Part shown: piece by piece, positions 11,126 to 25,235 of the stretch
How the letters are laid out: every line of letters starts with the position of its first letter
Numbering within the stretch: the stretch's first letter is position 1
From: Rhynchopus sp. YZ270_cl-10
Taxonomy: Eukaryota
Assembly: GCA_964035575.1 (NCBI GenBank)
Contig: OZ037836.1
Location: forward strand, 372,001 to 436,000
Length of the DNA stretch: 64,000 nt
Direction: 5' to 3'
Notes under the pieces: model-generated
What the model saw: only the letters and a program-made list of their open reading frames with translations
What the model was told of the DNA's origin: nothing
Databases searched by the model: none
Translations under genes and position numbers: made by a program

Positions 11126-12329
11126 CCAGGACCCTTGGGACCCTCAAGGGACGCCACGCGATTGGTCTCCCAGCGGAATTGGATGGTCGCCCTACGTCGG
11201 TAGTATGTACGCAGCACCGCTCGCCTCCTGGATGTCTCTCAGCTCCGCATCCACAAAACCAGACTTGTGTGTGTACACTGTTCTGGTACCAGTAGGTGTA
11301 CACGTGTATTGCAGGGATCACCATCGTAAACATGTACTTCGCATATCACGTGCCTTCCAGCTAAGGGGAGGTCCTCGAAAGAGTCGGCGATATTCGCGTG
11401 CAGGATGACGCCCCTGGAAAGTACTGAAAGAAAGCGGACTTTTGTGGAGCTATTGCCGCTGGTGCCGATGATGTACACGGCGGCAGAACTGCGGCCCTCA
11501 CATCTGGGTGGGAAGGTGTAGGAAACCGGGCAGTTCATGTTAGACAGTCGGAGTGATCAACCCTGTCATCATGCGAGTCAGTGTGTGGCAGTCAACCCCA
11601 TTCTCGAGATCTGTGAAGTAGTTCCCGCTGTAGGGGGTAAGGTAGTGCGCGACGCGTAACGACGGCGTCATCTCGATATACTCACGTGTACTTATTTGAG
11701 CGGATGTGGCACCACGAGACATAAAGGATCCCTTCTTAACGGGACTTTCGCCCCTCTCGCCTCGGGGGACTGTCTGCTCGTGCAGGTGGTGCAACTGTGT
11801 CATCAGGTGAGTCCGATTGATGGTGTGAGCGAAACGAGGTGTTCTTGTGGATGGTGCCTGTGTATCAGGAGAGAGCTAAACGGATATCGGTCACGGGTGT
11901 GCGAGTGGCGCAAACGTTCCAGGTGAGATACGATGATGGTGTAAGCGCACGTAGTGTTGTTGTGGCTGGTGCCTGTGTCTGGATATGTGCCCCTCTCGGA
12001 GGACTTGCTGTTTGTATAACAGCAGAAAAGACGCTGCAGACGGTTGAAAGGGGGTTTTGCGGAGCACAGGAGGCAACGCTTTCTCCCTTGCACTGGCGGA
12101 TATCGGGAAAGGCATCGTGCGTGAGCGGTCGCTTCCGTCCTACGGCATCGTGTGCTGTACAGAAAGTGTCACTCAAAGCTTTCCTTTTCAAGGTAGACAC
12201 AAAAATACACATAACCATTAATTAAATCCTCATTTAATGTGACACATAATCTTTGGGAATGACTAACCTTATTTGTGCCTAATGTTTCAACTGAGTTAAT
12301 TTGCGTGTGTCAAATTTAGTAATTTTACA

Positions 12330-14400
12330 GTACTGTTTGTATGACATCGGAAAACGACTTGCACCCCTCTCGGAGGACTTCTGTTTGCATAACACGGGAA
12401 ATCGGCTTGTGCCCTTCTTGGAGAAACTTCTGTTTGTATAAATTCGGAAAACGGCTTAAGCCCCTCTCGGAGGACTTTGTGTTTGTGCATCATGGGAATC
12501 CGGCTGGTGCCTCTCTTGGAGGAAACTTCTGTTTGTTTAGACTCAGAAAACTGCTTGTGCCCCTCTCGGAGGACTTCCTGCTTGTATACCAGGAGAAATG
12601 GTCTTGTGTCCCTCTCGGAGGACCTGTTTGTATAATATCAGAAAACTGCTTTTACCCTTCTCGGAGGACTTCCTGTATGTACCAGGGGACATTGTCTTGT
12701 GCCCCTCTCGGAGGACCAAACGTTCGTATAACGTCAGAAAACGGCGTGTACCCCTCTCGGAGGTCTTCCTGTTTGTATACCAGGGAAATCGTATTGTACC
12801 CTTCTCGGAGGACTAACTGTTTATATAGCGTAAGAAAACTGCTATTACCCCTCTCGGAGGACTACCTGTTTGTATAACATGCAAGAACGGCTGGTGTCTC
12901 TTTCGGAGGACTTTCTATTTGTATAATATCAGAAAATCGGTGTGTACCCCTCTCGGAGGATATCCAGTATGTGTACCAGGGAAAACGTGCTGTACCCCTC
13001 TCATGTATGTATAACGTCATAAAACTGCTTTTACCCCTCTCGTAGGACTTCTTGTATGTATCCGGGGACATCGGCTTGTGCACCCCTCGGAGGACTTTCT
13101 GTTCGTATAACGCCAGAAAACGGTGTGTACCCCTCTCGGAGGCCTTCCTGTTAGTATACCAGGGAAAATGTGCTGTAACTGTTTGAATCACGTCAGAAAA
13201 CTGCTTGACTTCCTGTTCGTATAACGCCAGAAAACGGTGTGTACCCCTCTCGGATGCCTTCCTGTTTGTATACCAGGGAAAATGTGTTGTAACTGTTTGA
13301 ATCACGTCATAAAACTGCTTTTACCCCTCTCAGAGGACTTCCTGTATGTACCAGGGGATCGGGTTGTGCACCCCTTGGAGGACTTCCTGTTCGTATAACG
13401 TCAGAAAACGGTGTGTACCCCTCTCGGAGGCCTTCCTGTTTGTATACCAGGGAAAATGTGCTGTAACTGTTTGAATCACGTCAGAAAACTGCTGGACTTC
13501 CTGTTCGTATAACGCCAGAAAACGGTGTGTACCCCTCTCGGAGGCCTTCCTGTTTGTATACCAGGGTAATCGTGCTGTAACTGTTGAATCACGTCAGAAA
13601 ACTGCTTGTGCCCCTCTCGGAGGGCTTCCTGTTCGTATAACGACAGAAAACGGTGTGTACCCCTCTCGGAGGCCTTCCTGTTTGTATACCAGGGAAAATG
13701 TGTTGTTACTGTTTGAATCACGTCATAAAACTGCTTTTACCCCTCTCAGAGGACTTCCTGTATGTACCAGGGGATCGGGTTGTGCACCCCTTGGAGGACT
13801 TCCTGTTCGTATAACGTCAGAAAACGGTGTGTACCCCTCTCGGAGGCCTTCCTGTTTGTATACCAGGGTAATCGTGCTGTAACTGTTGAATCACGTCAGA
13901 AAACTGCTTGTGCCCCTCTCGGAGGACTTTCTGCTCGTATAAACGCGGAAAACGGCGTGTGCCTCTCTTGGTGACTTCTATTTGTATAGCATCAAAAATC
14001 GGCTTGTGCCCCTCGAAGGACTTTCTGCTCGTATAAACATCGGGAAAACTGCTTGTACCCCTCTCGGAGGATTTTCTGTTTGTATAAATAATCATAAAAT
14101 GGCGTGCACCCCTCTCGGAGGACTGTCTATTTGTATAGCAATCAGCAAATCGGCTTGTACCCCTCTCGAAAGACTTCTGCTCGCATAAATATTGGGAAAA
14201 CGGCTTGTGCCTCTCTCGGAGGACTTCCTGTTTGCATAAATATCATGAACGTCTTGTGCCCCTCTCGGAAGACTTTCTACTCGTATAAACGCGCAAAACG
14301 GCTTGTGCCTCTCTTGGTGGGCGTCCTGTTTGTGTAACATGGGGAATCGTCTTGTACCCCTCTGGGAAGGCTTACGGCTCGTATAACGTCGGAACGACGG
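12330..14400. repeat. Degenerate ~44-bp tandem satellite with hairpin core CCTC-TCG-GAGG and higher-order repeats
   Basis: Dozens of units like gtacccctctcggaggacttcctgtttgtataacgtcagaaaacgg; near-identical multimers at 13090-13920; an isolated unit at ~11985-12030. Confidence 0.9.
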
Positions 14401-14946
14401 CTTGGCCCCTTCTTTTGTATTGAAGGCGAATCCCTCGGTCTGCTCCCATTTTTGACACATGGTATATAACATCCTGCTGAAGTAGGGATCGCATCCTCTT
14501 CGGAAAAAGTGTAGTATTCTGTACGGTTCTGCGTCGTAAGAGGGGCAGCATTGGTGGGAACGAGGCTCGTTGCCCCCATTTTAATTTCGCTGAGGAGCGT
14601 CCAGAGTCGGGCAGCCTTCTCAAAGGAGCTTGGGAGGACAAGACCAATTTTTTGCGGGGTTTTTGTAATTTTTGAAGATGAAGCCTCCCCCGGTGAACTC
14701 TACTTCACATTCTCCAAGGGAAATAACACATTCAGCTCCATGAGAAGAGCGAGAAGAAAAGACCGCTATCACCATTGAATGCACCTCGTAGTACTTCGTT
14801 GTGCCAGCTTCTCGGATGACTAAGCGTTCGTACAACCTCAGAAAACGGCTAGATTTTATCAGTATGTAGGTCGTACCAACGACATAATGTTGCCCTTCCA
14901 TATCCCTCAGAGTGGGTGCTTCTCGTGTACTTCATTTGTTTTTATT

Positions 14947-15794
<848 letters not shown>

Positions 15795-16890
15795 AGAGCA
15801 ACCACAGCTCCACATGACAAACACAAAAGTGTCCAGTCACGTGGGGCATGCATGCACTGAGGAGATAATGATCCAACAATTTACAAGAAAGATTACTTAA
15901 CCTACTGCTGGAAATTGCCAGGTCGTAGTAACACACAAAGTGTGCCTCCGTTCGGGAAGACCGGATATTCTAGAGACCAAAAAGGCCTCAAGAACAAGAA
16001 TATCTTCCGGTAGTCAAGGTATAACCGAATGAACGGCCCAAGACCCCCGTGGAGAAGTTAAATGTGTAATGCTATCAGGTAGAAACTGCGAACACTGTCT
16101 TACCCTCCTCAATGCATGGTGGAAGATGTCTTTACAACAAATATCCTGTACCCAGGTACCAGGTTCCCAGACCCACGTAGTACCACGTCGCAGTACTACG
16201 CAAAATTTACCACCAGACCCTGTCTTCGTGCACCTTAAGTACAACGCCGCAGACAGGCCAAACATGCGTTGGACTCAGAGGAATGCCTGCTGTGCAGTGT
16301 ATCAAACATGAGAACCAACTCCCAGCAACAAGGGGCGCCTTTTGGCGGGCGTTGTTGAGGGTGTTTGGGGTGCAAAGTTTTCCACAATTTTGATGCGCGG
16401 GTACAGAAGTGTTATCTTGTTCTTTCATCTCTAGGAAATGTAAATGTCAATCGCGTTTAACTACCACTAGGGCTTGTTCAGTGAACCCACGAGGGGTCGA
16501 AGGGGGTTGGTTATCCCGTATCTATCAAAGGTTGTGTCGATTGCTAAAAAGAGTGCCTCACGCTACACAAACCACCACCCGCGATTGACTTAGATGTTAT
16601 AACAAAGAGAATTCAGAACAAAACAACACCCTGCCCCATACACACTAAATTGTCATGCTTCGAGAGCATGCCTGGGCCAAAATTACTATGACGAAAAGGC
16701 AACAAGACCACCCACAAGGAGTGTGAATTGTGCACTGGTTTTCTGGGGGAACAAACAATATTTTCTTGTGTCTAGTCCTCCGGAAGCAGAGGACAGACTT
16801 TCCGGAAGGTTTCCAAAGTCGAATTTCTTGCACTAGCTATGCTCCCTGGTTAATGGCTATAGCAGTGACTGACAAAGTGTTCCCACCCCC
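15795..16890. repeat. ~1.1-kb dispersed repeat; inverted copy at 21901-23060
   Basis: agagcaaccacagctccacatg...gacaaagtgttcccaccccc is the reverse complement of 21901-23060; the second copy carries an extra ~75 bp near 22250-22322. Confidence 0.9.
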
Positions 16891-17775
16891 CTTTCCACCA
16901 CCATAATAACCGAACTCTGCTTATCAAACCACAATCTGAATCTGCTTCCGTCGCATGCGCTGGTGGATTCGATCTGTTTTGGTGTGTGTAATGGAATGTA
17001 TGGGTGAGGGTTGGGGTATTAGGTATAGAAACTTGCGCACCCATTAATTTTTTACCGAATGAAAATGAAATCTGCAATGAGTGTCTGCTGCATATCATTT
17101 AGTGGGGCTGGCCTCTGGCCAGAGGCGTGCAAGCCTGACCGTGTTCGCGATATACTAAGTCTTGCATAATCATAAAGTTATCATACCTTGTGTCTTCAGT
17201 CTCTGCCCTTAGGTTTCTAGACAGCTCAAGAATGGCCTCTTTTGTGTTTGTCAAGTGGCTGTCTGGTCACTTTTCAGTGACTGGCGGGTTGGCTGTCACG
17301 ACTTTTTCCTTGACAAAATCCATTTTTTTCAATGACATTTTTTTGTCAATGAAAAAATGGATTTGTCACGAAATCGAATTTTTTTTTGTCAATGAAAAAA
17401 GTCATTTGTCACTAAATTGAATTTTGTGTGTCAATGAAAAAATCGGCTTGTCACGAAATCGAACTTTTTTTGTCACGAAATCGAATCTTTCAAAAAAATT
17501 CCGTGACAAAGTACCGTGACAAATCGGTGTCACGGGTATTTTCGAGGCCGAAATCGAACTTTTCTCTAATAAAAATGATCATCCAGATGTGGTGAAACGC
17601 AATAAACTCCATAACCCCTACAAAGATACTCCGCAAGCCATGCATAGTGGGGAAAGAGTGTGCAGAAGAGTGTTTGGAAGCTAAGGGTACAAAGTCACTG
17701 CGTGAATTGAAACGCTACCCACGTCATACGCTATTCATTTGCTATGAGCAGCTGGACTCGAAAGATGCACATGCC

Positions 17776-18712
17776 TCACATGCACACACATTTGCACTTC
17801 ATATCGCCAATGAGGCTACGGCTCTTCACATATTCTGACACAACACTGCTCGATCCTGTAACGTTGATGCTGCTTGTAGGTATTTTGCATCCTTCCAGGA
17901 AGCCTTTCTTTACCTGCGTCACACTCGCCACCCAGACATCTCAAGGGTTTTCAATGAGCTGCAGTTGGAGAGGAACGAGTATACAATCAGCGTCACGTTC
18001 TTCCACCCAGACAAGTCCAGTGTGGTCAAGGCGCTGCAGTTGTAAAGGAAGTAGCTCCCAACGTGCATCACGTCGCTCCAGCCAGATAAGTTTAGTGTCG
18101 TCAGTGCCTTGCAGTTGGAGAGGAAGTGGTTCCCAACCCGCGTCACATTGCTCCACCCAGACAAGTCAACGGTTCGCAATGTGATACAGTAGGAGAGAAA
18201 GTAGTTTCCTACGGGCATCACATTGCTCCAGATAAATCAACAGTGCGCAATGAGGTGCAGTTGCGGAAGAAGCCGTCGTCTATTTCAGTCACACCTGACA
18301 CACCACTGAGATCAAGTTCTGAGAACGTGGCATCTGAAAAGAATTGATTTGGGATCTCAGTAATTACTTCCGCCTGCAGAAACAAATGAATCAGATTGGG
18401 ATCTGTCAGACGTTTGAACCTCTCTGGCGTCAGCTTTGTCTCACCCAAGTCACGAAGAGCTGCAATGGCGTCGTCCTTCTGCGACAGCGTCTTCGAATTT
18501 GTCTTCTTCGTCAGCACAACTGTGTCCCCAGCACTCAGCTGCGTGATGTGGTCTCCTTCGGCCAGCAGCTTCCCTCCGAAGCTCATGTCAAAGCCGTCTT
18601 CGCACAACTCTGCTGCAGACGCCACCTTCCGCCGTATGTCCGCAGTTGTATCATCCACACCCACCTCGACTGTGTACTTCTCTCCGTCAAAGCTCTCCAC
18701 ACATATTTCCAT
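17776..18712 (-). pseudogene. UBL-LRR-CaaX copy 6, frameshifted
   Basis: ATG at 18712; 4-nt loss near 18228 (ctcca-gataa) and 1-nt loss near 17927; remnant tail ...LIGDMKCKCVCM with TGA at 17776. Confidence 0.85.
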
Positions 18713-19280
18713 GGTTTTGTGTCTCTCTGTTTCAGGTGTTTTGGGTGGGGCAAGAAGAAACACACCACTTGCAGAACGGGAGTGGAAGGAGACAAGAAGA
18801 AGGCAGACATGTTGCCACTGAGACGATAGATAAACGCCACAACCCCTACAAAGATACTCCGCAAGCCATGCATAGTGGGGCAAGACAAAGCAACCAAGAG
18901 AGGAAGAGGACAACTTGCAAGTGTGCAGAAGAGTGTTTGGAAGCTAAGGGTACAAAGGCACTGCGTGAATTGCACCCACGTAGGGGCGAACAACCTTCGT
19001 GACCACACAAGACCCACGGGAGCGCCCAGAAAAACCTGCATCCTGAAGTACGGGGGAGGTGGAGCACAAAAGGGGGGAGGGAAAACGGTAAAACTCATGA
19101 CAACCGAAGAGCGCGTCATTCATTTCCAGACGTCTTGAATACTCGTACCAAAAAAAAAAACGCAAAAACATATTGACGGAAACAGTACACAAAAGTGGAA
19201 GTATAACACAAATATCAAAAAGTCGTTTTTGTTCTGAACAGTGTAATGAGCAGCTGGCCTCTCGAAAGATGCATGGTGCA

Positions 19281-20378
19281 TCACATGCACACACATTTGA
19301 GCTGGGACCCTTCGCGGCTAGGCGGCTTCGTATCCCCCATAAGGCGACTGCTCTGCATGTACTCTGACACAGCAATGCTCGATCCTGCAGTGTTGATGCT
19401 GCTTGTAGGTATGTTGCATCCTTTTAGGGTGCCTGTCCCAATGTCCTTCGCATTCGTCCACCCAGACAAGTCAAGTGTGGTCAATGCGCTGCAGTTGGAC
19501 AGGCACGAACGTCCAATCTGCGTAACATTGCTCCACCCAGACAAGTCCAGTGTCGTTAACGAGGTGCAGCCGCCGAGGAAGGAGTGCCCAACCTGCGTCA
19601 CATTGCTCCACCCAGATAAGTCAACGGTTCGCAATGCGCTGCAGTCGGAGAGAAAGGAGTGCCCAACCTGCGTCACGTTCTTCCACCCAGAAATGTCCAG
19701 TGCGGTCAATGAGGTGCAGTTGGAGAGAAAGTTGTAGTCGATCAGCGTCACCTTGCCCCCAGATAAGTCAAGTCTGGTCAATGCCCTGCAGCCCTGGAGG
19801 AAGTAGCTGCCAATGTGCGTCACATTGTTCCACCCAGATAAGTCAACGGTTTGCAATGCGCTGCAGCTGTTCAGCAAGAAGGACTCAATATGCGTCACAT
19901 TGCTCCACCCAGATAAATCAGCAGTGCGCAATGAGTTGCAGTTGGCAAGAACGCCACTGCAAAGCCTAGTGACGCCTGGCACACCACTGAGATCAAGTTC
20001 CTTGAACCTGCTCTGTGCCAAGAATCTCGAGGGTAGCTCAGCAACAACCTCCGCCTGCAGAAACAAATGAATCAGCTTGGGATCTGTCAGATCTTTGAAC
20101 CTCTCTTTTGTGAGCCTTGTCTCACCCAAGTCACGAAGAGCTGCAATGGCGTCGTCCTTCTGCGACTTCGTCTTCGTCAGCACAACTGTGTCCCCAGCAC
20201 TCAGCTGCGTGATGTCGTCTCCTTCGGCCAGCAGCTTCCCTCCGAAGCTCACGTCAAAGCCGTCTTCGCACAACTCTGCTGCAGACGCCACCTTCCGCCG
20301 TATGTCCGCAGTTGTATCATCCACACCCACATCGACTGTGTACTTCTCTCCGTCAAAGCTCTTCACACATATTTCCAT
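19281..20378 (-). CDS. UBL-LRR-CaaX protein, copy 7 (365 aa, ~8 LRRs)
   Basis: ATG at 20378; ends KPPSREGSQLKCVCM. Confidence 0.9.
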   Translation of the reverse strand: MEICVKSFDGEKYTVDVGVDDTTADIRRKVASAAELCEDGFDVSFGGKLLAEGDDITQLSAGDTVVLTKTKSQKDDAIAALRDLGETRLTKERFKDLTDPKLIHLFLQAEVVAELPSRFLAQSRFKELDLSGVPGVTRLCSGVLANCNSLRTADLSGWSNVTHIESFLLNSCSALQTVDLSGWNNVTHIGSYFLQGCRALTRLDLSGGKVTLIDYNFLSNCTSLTALDISGWKNVTQVGHSFLSDCSALRTVDLSGWSNVTQVGHSFLGGCTSLTTLDLSGWSNVTQIGRSCLSNCSALTTLDLSGWTNAKDIGTGTLKGCNIPTSSINTAGSSIAVSEYMQSSRLMGDTKPPSREGSQLKCVCM

Positions 20379-21231
20379 GGTTTTGTGTCTCTCTGTTTCA
20401 GGTGTTTTGGGTGGGGCAAGAAGAAACACACCACTTGCAGAACGGGAGTGGAAGGAGACAAGAAGAAGGCAGACATGTTGCCACTGAGACGATAGAGGTG
20501 TAAGACAAAGGGGACACCTCTGTGTGCAGAACTGTATGCTGCAAGGCTGTGATGGGATGGGAGGGATGTCTCTCTCTCTGTGGGGGTAAGTGTCAAAAGT
20601 GATAGAAGTTTCACAACATCTTTTTTCTTCATGCATTCAGTTCATTTGGGAATCACTCACCAAACATTCTACCCCCACCGGAATTATTATGTGACTTTCC
20701 CTCCCAGGCTCCCTTTTGGGCCAAAACTACAGAAAAATAAAGAGTTGTGAAGATGCCTATCACAAAACCTTTAACCCCAAAACTAACATGCACCGTAACA
20801 ATGTGGCCTATTGGGAGAAAATCGGGCAGTTGGATAATTACTACGGTACACACAAAGTACGGCAACGGTGCACCATATTGTAGTGCCTGAGAGGCAGGAG
20901 TGCAGATTCTGTACACTGTGGTGCAGAAAGGGGGTTGCAAAAAATGCTCGAGAGACTCGTTCCTCTTTGCTTGTTGCTCAAAAGACTATAAACGGGGGGG
21001 AAAAAAGTAAAAGTTGTTTGTTGTTCGCTTCCACTTTTTTTTTTTCCTTCGACTTGATTTACGATATGGTTGTGTTTGCCTGAAGTACAGAAAGTGTCGT
21101 GGAGCACAGGGGGGAAAAGAGGGGGAAACAAGCGGGGAGCGGGATACGCAGACGCGCGACTTTTCACGAGGGTCTCGAGCATTTTGTCAAATACTACGTG
21201 TTTACTAAAAAAAAAAAAAAAAAAAAAAAAG

Positions 21232-23439
21232 GGGGAATAGTCAGTTATACCCTACCCTTTTTTTGAAATGGTCAGAGATACCCGAAAATAAGTTCAGATA
21301 TACCCGAAAACCAGAAATAGGGCATAACTGACTATATCTGAACTTATTTTCGGGTATTTGAACTTATTTTCGGGTATATCTGAACTTTTTTCGGGTATCT
21401 CTGAACTTATTTGGGGTACCCACTTATTTGGGGGTACCCCCTTTGATTTTTTGCCCAGTGGGTGAGTGACCCACCATGAGGGAATGCGACAGCAGAGACA
21501 GTATTGAAGCAGCATGGTATGATTTTCACCCCTCTACCCCACACACAGTTACTTTTAGTGGGGGTAAATACCCGCAAACCCGCAAACCCTTATACATGGT
21601 CCCTCGCTTCGCTTGGGAACCATTAGTGCAGCAGGAAACTCTCTGTAGCGTGAAAAAAGGCTACCTTATTTCGCGGAAATACATAGTTATTACCACTTTT
21701 TTCATTAACCCCACCCTTCCCGACTACTGCGTTTGTACACCATACTTAATCACACCCCACATTTACACTCATCACAGGATCGTGAAATCTGAACTGCATC
21801 CGTGATTTACGATGAGCGCCGCTCTCCGACATTCAACAACTCAAAATACAAGGCTTCACCCAAATCAATCTATTCTAGATTTGTTTGTGGACGAAGACCT
21901 GGGGGTGGGAACACTTTGTCAGTCACTGCTATAGCCATTAACCCAGGGAGCATAGCTAGTGCAAGAAATTCGACTTTGGAAACCTTCCGGAAAGTCTGTC
22001 CTCTGCTTACGGAGGACGAGGCACAAGAAAATATTGCGTTCCCCCAGAAAACCAGTGCACATTTCACACTCCTTGTGGGTGGTCTTGTTGCCTTTTTTGT
22101 CAAGTAATTTTGGCCCAGGCATGCTCTCGAAGCATGACAATTTAGTGTGTATGGGTCAGGGTGTTGTTTTGTTCTGAATTCTCTTTGTTATAACATCTAA
22201 GTCAATCGCGGGTGGTGGTTTGTGTAGCGTGAGGCACTCTTTTTAGCAAACTTCCTGCGGCTGCTAAAGTGTTATTTCTTCGGATTTAACAACGTACAGC
22301 GTAACATAGTGGTTTCGCCTGGTCGACACAACCTTTGATAGATACGGGATAACCAACCCCCTTCGACCCCTCGTGGGTTCACTGAACAAGCCCTAGTGGT
22401 AGTTAAACGCGATTGACATTTACATTCCTAGAGATGAAAGAACAAGATAACACTTCTGTACCCGCGCATCAAAATTGTGGAAAACTTTGCACCCCAAACA
22501 CCCTCAACAACGCCCGCCAAAAGGCGCCCCTTGTTGCTGGGAGTTGGTTCTCATGATACCTGCACAGCGGGCATTCCTCTGAGTCCAACGCATGTTTGGC
22601 CTGTCTGCGGCGTTGTACTTCAGGTGCACGAAGACAGGGTCTGGTGGTAAATTTTGCGTAGTACTGCGACGTGGTACTGCGTGGGTCTGGGAACCTGGGT
22701 ACCTGGGTACAGGAAATTTGTTGTGGAAGACAATCAACCACCATGTATTGAGGAGGGTAAGACAGTGTTCGCAGTTTCTACCTGATAGCATTACAACATT
22801 TAACTTCTCCACGGGGGTCTTGGGCCGTTCACTCGGTTCTACCTTGACTACCGGAAGATATTCTTGAGGCCTTTCTGGTCTCTAGAATATCCGGTCTTCC
22901 CGAACGGAGGCACACTTTGTGTGTTACTACGACCTGGCAATTTCCAGCAGTAGGTTAAGTAATCTTTCTTGTAAATTGTTGGAACATTATCTCCTCAGTG
23001 CATGAATGCCCCACGTGACTGGACACTTTTGTGTTTGTCATGTGGAGCTGTGGTTGCTCTTTCACGACTTTTTTCCTGTTCCTGGGTACCTGTTCCTGGA
23101 CCTGGGTACCTGGGTACCTGGGTACCTGGGTACCTGGGTACCTGGGTACCTGGGTATCTGGGTATCTGGGTATACCCGAAAACCAACTTTTTTGGGGTAC
23201 CCGAAAAAAGTTGGCGATATGGTCAGACATGCCCGAAAATAAGTTGAGAAATGGTCAGAGATACCCGAAATACCCGAAAATAAGTTCAGATATTGGTCAG
23301 TTATGCCCTATTTTTGAAAATGGGGCATCTCTGACCAATATCTGAACTTATTTTCGGGTATCTCTGACCAATATCTGAACTTATTTTCGGGTATCTCTGA
23401 CCATTTCAAAAAAAGGGTAGGGCATAACTGACTATTCCC

Positions 23440-23440
<1 letters not shown>
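21232..23440. mobile_element. Non-autonomous long-TIR (MULE/foldback-like) element inserted in a poly(A) tract, carrying the 1.1-kb repeat as cargo
   Basis: TIR ggggaatagtcagttat(a/g)ccctaccctttttttgaaatggtcagagatacccgaaaataagttcagata at both ends; A-runs on both flanks; the right flank matches the element-free region at 19150-19260. Confidence 0.8.
23078..23172. repeat. (CCTGGGTAC)n 9-bp minisatellite inside the TIR element
   Basis: About 10 tandem units, some degenerate. Confidence 0.85.
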
Positions 23441-23471
<31 letters not shown>

Positions 23472-23588
23472 GCAAAAACATATTGGCGGAAACAGTGCAC
23501 AAAAGAGGAAGTATAATACAAATCAAAAAGTCGCTTTTGTTCTGAACAGCGTAATGAGCAGCTGGCCTCTCGAAAGATGCACAGTGCC

Positions 23589-24605
23589 TCACATGCACAC
23601 ACATTTGTGCCTGGTATAGTCCATGAGGCTACGGCTCTGCACATATTCTGACACAACACTGCTCGATCCTGCAACGTTGATGCTGCTTGTAGGTATTTTG
23701 CATCCTTTTAGGAAGCCTTTCTCAATGTCCTTCGCATTCGTCCACCCAGACAAGTTAAGTGTTTTCAATGCGCTGCAGTTGAAGAGGAAGTAGTGCCCTA
23801 CTTGCGTCACGTTGCTCCACCCAGACAAGTCCAGTGTGGTCAATGACTTGCAGTTGTAAAGGAAGCAGTTCCCAACCTGCGTCACATTGCTCCACCCAGA
23901 TAAGTTCAGAGTTCGCAATGCGATGCAGTGGTGGAGGAAGTTCTTCCCAACGTGCGTCACGTTATGCCACCCAGACAAGTCTAGGGAGGTCAAGGCCAGG
24001 CAGGACTCGAGGAAGTAGTCTCCTATGTGCCTCACATTGTTCCACCCAGATAAGTCAACGGTTCGCAATGCAGTGCAGGAGGAGAGAAAGCTAGTCTCAA
24101 AACGTGTGACATTGCTCCACCCAGATAAATCAGCAGTGTGCAAGGATTTGCAGAGTTCAAGGAAACCGGAGGCTATTTTACTCACACCTGGCACACCACT
24201 GAGATCAAGTGCTTCAAACGTGGCACGGAACAAGAAGCAATGGGGAATTTCAGTAACAACTTCCGCCTGCAGAAACAAATGAATCAGCTTGGCATTTGTC
24301 AGATATTTGAACCTCTCTGGCGCCAGCCTTGTCTGACCCAAGTCACGAAGAATTGAAATCGCGTCGTCCTTCTGCGACTTCGTATTCGACAGCGTCTTAT
24401 TCAACAGCACAACTGTGTCCCCAGCACTCAGCTGCGTGATGTAGTCTCCTTCGGCCAGCAGCTTCCCTCCGAAGCTCATGTCAAAGCCGTCTTCGCGCAA
24501 CTCTGCTGCAGTCGCCACCTTCCGCCGTATGTCCGCAGTTGTATCATCCACACCCACCTCGACTGTGTACTTTTCTCCGTCAAAGCTCTCCACACATATT
24601 TCCAT
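23589..24605 (-). CDS. UBL-LRR-CaaX protein, copy 8 (338 aa, ~7 LRRs)
   Basis: ATG at 24605; ends DYTRHKCVCM. Confidence 0.9.
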   Translation of the reverse strand: MEICVESFDGEKYTVEVGVDDTTADIRRKVATAAELREDGFDMSFGGKLLAEGDYITQLSAGDTVVLLNKTLSNTKSQKDDAISILRDLGQTRLAPERFKYLTNAKLIHLFLQAEVVTEIPHCFLFRATFEALDLSGVPGVSKIASGFLELCKSLHTADLSGWSNVTRFETSFLSSCTALRTVDLSGWNNVRHIGDYFLESCLALTSLDLSGWHNVTHVGKNFLHHCIALRTLNLSGWSNVTQVGNCFLYNCKSLTTLDLSGWSNVTQVGHYFLFNCSALKTLNLSGWTNAKDIEKGFLKGCKIPTSSINVAGSSSVVSEYVQSRSLMDYTRHKCVCM

Positions 24606-25175
24606 GGTTTTGTGTCTCTCTGTTTCAGGTGTTTTGGGTGGGGCAAGAAGAAGCAACAAAACAGGTACAGGATACGTGGACAACACCTCCACATCGGCCT
24701 CATGCGGGAGGTGGGGAAGGCCCTCTTGACGTGGGACACTCTGACAGGTTAATGACTTTGTGGATGGCTGCTGGATCTTGATAACACACGCCGTTCATCA
24801 TGGGTTTTGGTATGTAGGAAGGACAGAACATAAAAAGGAATCTCCAAAAAAACCCCCCCCACTGATCAGTTTTTATGTACTTTAAGAAAAACAGTTAAAC
24901 AGCAACAATCATCGGCATCACTCTATGACGTATGGACAGCACCTGAACAGTACCTTCCATATATACTGTACGTTGCTTCCTTCATTGACCACCACACACA
25001 CAACGAACACAACACCACTGCTACGCTTCTTATTTAACCCTTCGGGCTTTTACTGCGGGGACAATCTGTACTCGCTCCCTATGGCAGTAGTGCATCTCGC
25101 TTTTTCTCGACGATGTTCAACAAGGAGAAGTTGTGTTCCTCTCTCTCTGACCCTCTCTGAGTTACCCCCTCCCTC

Positions 25176-25235
25176 CACAGCAGAGAATAAGCTAGGGGGG
25201 CCGGGGACCGGGGACCGGGCTTATTCTCTGCTGTG
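25176..25235. mobile_element. 60-bp micro-MITE (hAT-type 8-bp TSD)
   Basis: TIR cacagcagagaataagc / gcttattctctgctgtg; TSD cctccctc at 25168-25175 and 25236-25243; related element at 49837-49934. Confidence 0.8.

Noticed and set aside
12330..14400. CRISPR-like array (palindromic repeat with regular spacing)
   Set aside because: Intervening sequences are homologous to each other rather than unique spacers; no cas genes; eukaryotic context
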